DNA from: Octopus sinensis
Taxonomy: Eukaryota
Assembly (NCBI RefSeq): GCF_006345805.1
Contig: NW_021833130.1
Coordinates: 1 to 38,580, forward strand
Direction: 5' to 3'
DNA: 38,580 nucleotides
Part shown: positions 35,241 to 38,580 of the stretch, in pieces
Position numbering within the stretch: position 1 is the stretch's first letter
Layout of the letters: every line of letters begins with the position of its first letter
Program-made: the position numbers and the translations under genes
The notes under the pieces: model-generated
The model's input: the letters and a program-made list of their open reading frames with translations, nothing else
Database searches by the model: none
Told to the model about the DNA's origin: nothing

Positions 35241-35755
35241 AAAGAATGTAAGTGTACCGCAAGAGAGAGAAGGTTGTAGAGCACTGCTCTAGTCCAACCA
35301 TTTTAGAGTTGTATGTGTGTGTGTATGTATAAAAGGGGAATTATACCCAGTCTTAAGTGTTTCTTGTGTGTGTATGTGTTTCTGTGTAATCGTATAAAAT
35401 TATGTAAATTCAAGGCCTTGTTACTGAATTTTGTATTCCCATAGTAATACAGTAAGGGAATTACGGGGGCGTTGATATTAAATAATTACCGTGTGCCTGT
35501 TTTGTGATGGAAATATTAAAGAGTAACACAACACAATTGAGAAGGGTATTGAGGATGCCTTGTGTTGCTCTTCTTTTATAACAGCACTTGTATGTCTAAT
35601 AATTGCTGTTTTTGTTTTTATATCTACTTGACAGGATTTATGTCAAAAGTATTGATGGTCATATATATGTTTATTCCGTTCTATATTTAAGAGACAAGGA
35701 ATTCTGTATATTATTTACATTCGACGGATATTTGTCCTCATCTTGTTTGTTGTTA

Positions 35756-35799
35756 ACACAACGTTTCGGCTGATATACCCACCAGCTTTCTTCAGGTGT
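35756..35799 (-). ncRNA. Minimal type-I hammerhead ribozyme, complete catalytic core
   Basis: Reverse complement ACAC-CTGAAGA-A-AGCTG-GTGGGTATAT-CAGCC-GAAA-CG-TT-GTGT; A.C mismatch at base of stem II. Confidence 0.78.
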
Positions 35800-36070
35800 G
35801 TTGGGGAAATTTCGAACCTGGGTTCTGATTCCTAAGGGATTTTTCGATGTTATTATTATTGTTGCTGTTGTTGTTATTGTTCAGGTTACTGCTTGGAATA
35901 GAACTCGGAATCTTGGGTTTAGTAGCCCGCGCTATGATAATAATATATAATAATAATAATAATAATAATAATTATAATAATAAAATAATAATAATAATAA
36001 TAATAATAATATAATAATAACATCGAAAAATTCCTTTGGAATGAGAACCCAGGTTCGAAATTTCCCCTAA

Positions 36071-36114
36071 ACCCTTGAAGGAGGCTGGAGGGTATATCAG
36101 CCAAAACGTTGTGT
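36071..36114 (+). ncRNA. Degenerate family C hammerhead motif
   Basis: TTGAAGG-A-GGCTG-loop-CAGCC-AAAA-CGTT-GTGT (C3U, A9G, G12A). Confidence 0.45.
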
Positions 36115-36689
36115 TAACAACAAACAAGATGAGGACAAATATCCGTCGAATGTAAATAATGTAAATAATGTAAATAATATATATGTTTACTACCACGTGA
36201 TCATGTGATCGGCCAGTCTATTGGATGTTGTTATAAATCACTGGTCACAATGCGCTTGCAACATCGTTTTAGCTTTCGGACGCTGGTTAGGCGAGCAGGC
36301 CAATACTTCCGCTGGTTGCTCATTTATATGTCATTATAAATATGTTTAATAACAATACAAAACCAATATTTATTTTGGCTATGTGCATTCTGAGTTCAAA
36401 TCACTCTAAGGTCAACTTTGTGGGTCATCCTTCCAGAGGCAATAACATAAAATAAGATGGCGCTGATTTAAATGACCAACCCCTAACACCAGATTTTAGA
36501 CTTTGTATCTATATAAGAAATTATTATTATTGAATGTAGCGGATTGGTAAAATTGGTAAAGCATCAGCTTTTCACCCTTTCGTGGGTCGATAAAATGGCA
36601 TACCTGCTAAATATTGGGGTTGATATGATGGATTTTTCTGTCTTCCAAAATCGGTGGCTTCGTGCCTATGTAAGAAATCCTTATTTCCA

Positions 36690-37063
36690 TCGATACAAAG
36701 CCAGCAATTTTTTGGTTGGATGGGTTCAGTCGATCAAATCGATTGCAGTACTCTACCAGTACTTATTCTATCTACCCTGGAAGGGTGAAAGAGAGTCGAC
36801 CACAGCGGTATTTGAACTCCGAACATAGAGAGCCGGAAAAATTATCTATTTCTTCACTACCCACAAGGGGCTAAACACAGAGAGGACAAACAAGGACAGA
36901 CAAACAGATTAAGCCGATTATATCGACTCTAGTGCGTAACTGGTATTTATTTAATCGACCCCGAAAGGATGAAAGGCAAAGTAGACCTCGGCGGAATTTG
37001 AACTCAGAGCCGGAAAAATTACCGTTAAGTATTTTGCCCAGCGTGATAACGATTCTACCAGCT
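36690..37063 (-). mobile_element. SINE family G dimer, diverged
   Basis: Two units, junction ~36845 (..ATTATCTATTTCTTCACTACCC). Confidence 0.82.
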
Positions 37064-37524
37064 GGCTTCTCTAAACTGGGTCGATAATAACTCATCACAA
37101 GAAGTTAGTCGTAAATATAAACTTTTTCTTCCTTTTCTTCTGTTGTTTACATGGGATACAATGTTGTTATTCATTACAGAAAAAACATTAAAATGCTTTT
37201 CTGTAATGCGAAAAAAAAAAAACCCTTCTCTGATCCTGGCCTGATTAAGCAATCTTGTTTATAAATTTCTACGTAGAAATACGAAAGATGGTTATTTCAC
37301 ACAAACATATATACATATATAATCCTGTCACGAGCTACATGTGTAACGCTTTAACTGGGAAAAAGCAGGAGATATTATTAATGTTGAACATTGAAATAAT
37401 TCTTGAAACAATTGACTAATAAAATATGGCACGAAATCGAAGACAATCTACAATAGTTGTGATTTTTATTTTATTTGAAAGACAATTTAAATTATGAATA
37501 AGTATCTGAAACTTATATATATAT

Positions 37525-37720
37525 ATATAGTGAGATTTTACGAAAAAAAACAAAAGACGAAGACAGGTGGTGTACAAAACAAACAGATGTATTAGTATAA
37601 CGCTCAGGAATAGAAAAAGTCTTTTAAGTTTCGAGCCTACGCTCTTCAACAGAAAGGAACACAGAAAAAGCAAGGAGAGAAAAATATGTGTGTAGTGGCT
37701 AACGATCTATCATGTCGACA
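37525..37720 (-). mobile_element. Family B1 copy
   Basis: Reverse complement matches 3210-3418. Confidence 0.82.
37621..37656 (-). ncRNA. Minimal hammerhead motif, A6U variant, stem III mutated
   Basis: Reverse complement CTTT-CTGTTGA-A-GAGC-GTAG-GCTC-GAAA-CT-TA-AAAG. Confidence 0.62.
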
Positions 37721-37730
37721 TATATATATA

Positions 37731-38102
37731 TACTAGCAGTATTGCCCGGCGTTGCTCGGGTTTGTAAGGGAAATAACTATAAAGCATTTTTAGAGAGTTA
37801 TAGCCAAAAAATGGAAAAAAAATGATGGTAAATTTTTTTTTTAGTTAAAAAGGCCGAGTTGCGTCCCCTAGACAGTCTGTGGTTTGTGTTTCTGATTCTC
37901 GACCCATGTCGAATTTATCGATTCTTTTCAGAACTGGGGGAACTTTTCAAAATTTTCGCTGCGTTAGTTTTGAATTATGACATTGGGCTATGTGTGTGTC
38001 AAGTTCACCAGAATCGGTTGAAAGCCGTGGTCAGGGTGAGGTACAACCAAACAGACACACAGAAACCACACACAGACAAACTGCCGTTTATATATATAGA
38101 TA
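37731..38102 (+). mobile_element. Helentron/HINE-like element (family H), second copy
   Basis: Direct homolog of 33779-34169; inserted in a TA run. Confidence 0.75.
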
Positions 38103-38175
38103 TATATATATATTTATGTGTGTGTGTGTGCGTGTGTGTATGTGTGTGTGTGTGTATATATGCGCGTGCACTTGT

Positions 38176-38373
38176 GATTAGAATGTCCAGGAAAGAATCA
38201 CAAGACGGATTCTTCCGGTCGAGCCAATTGACAGGAGACCAAGGAACAGATCAAGGACGAGATATTTGGTCACGCTTGGAATCCAACCGAAAAATTTAAT
38301 GACGGTTGTTTCTAATGGAACATATGGAGGGAGATGCCTGAGGATTCTACCGCCACGGCTCTCCCAGGAATAA
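38176..38373 (+). pseudogene. RTE-type LINE extreme C-terminus
   Basis: Frameshifted RMS/ERITRRILPVEPIDRRPRNRSRTR../LGIQPKNL..CLRILPPRLSQE*, like the RPRGRPRTRW..WR..LPP tail of RTE ORFs. Confidence 0.6.
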
Positions 38374-38374
38374 T

Positions 38375-38580
38375 AGTTTCAAATTTTTCCACAAGGCCAA
38401 CGATTTCGGAAATTGGGGTACGTCGAATACCTCGACCCTAGTGCTCAACTGATAGTTATTTTATCGACCCCTGAGTGTATGAACGGCAAAGACGACCTCG
38501 ATAGAATTTGAACTCAGAGCGCAAAGACGGGCGAAATGCTGCAAAACAATATTACCCTGCATGATAACGATTCTCACAGC
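38375..38580 (-). mobile_element. SINE family G variant, runs off window end
   Basis: TTTTATCGACCCC..GGCAAAGACGACCTCG..GAATTTGAACTCAGAGCGC..GACGGGCGAAATGC. Confidence 0.8.

Larger units (their letters stand above)
35676..36180. mobile_element. Family C head-to-head pair (35676-35933 minus with tRNA-like head; 36002-36180 plus)
   Basis: ~165-bp complementary arms around a (TAA)n spacer. Confidence 0.88.
35034..36442. repeat. Outer inverted repeat (35034-35153 / 36325-36442)
   Basis: ~118-bp arms, ~90% complementary, including the same SINE-G/AT-rich junction. Confidence 0.9.

Overview
Eukaryotic, AT-rich DNA saturated with repeats. The tRNA-headed SINE families and very dense TA/CA/TACA/GAA/AAT microsatellites match what I recognise from Octopus (cephalopod) genomes; this species call is pattern recognition, not a search result. 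No intact protein-coding gene is present. Nearly all ORF-track entries are translated microsatellites or SINEs. Real coding remnants are decayed transposons: a Tc1 transposase split by a SINE, two RTE-type LINE fragments, R4/Dong-like RLE LINE fragments and a mariner C-terminus. One 101-bp minus-strand candidate host exon has FN3-like sequence. The most interesting signal is a set of minimal type-I hammerhead-ribozyme (HHR) motifs of the Penelope-like-element (PLE) type, in three short non-coding repeat families (my labels B1, B2, C). They show compensatory stem changes between families. B1 carries a shared non-canonical core (CUGUUGA). One C copy has a tRNA-like head, and C recurs as head-to-head inverted pairs. 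The window also has many inverted repeats and hairpins, SINE multimers inside single TSDs, and a local fold-back rearrangement. Family letters (A, B, C, D, E, F, G, H, S) are working labels. Boundaries were counted by hand and are approximate unless a TSD or TIR fixes them.
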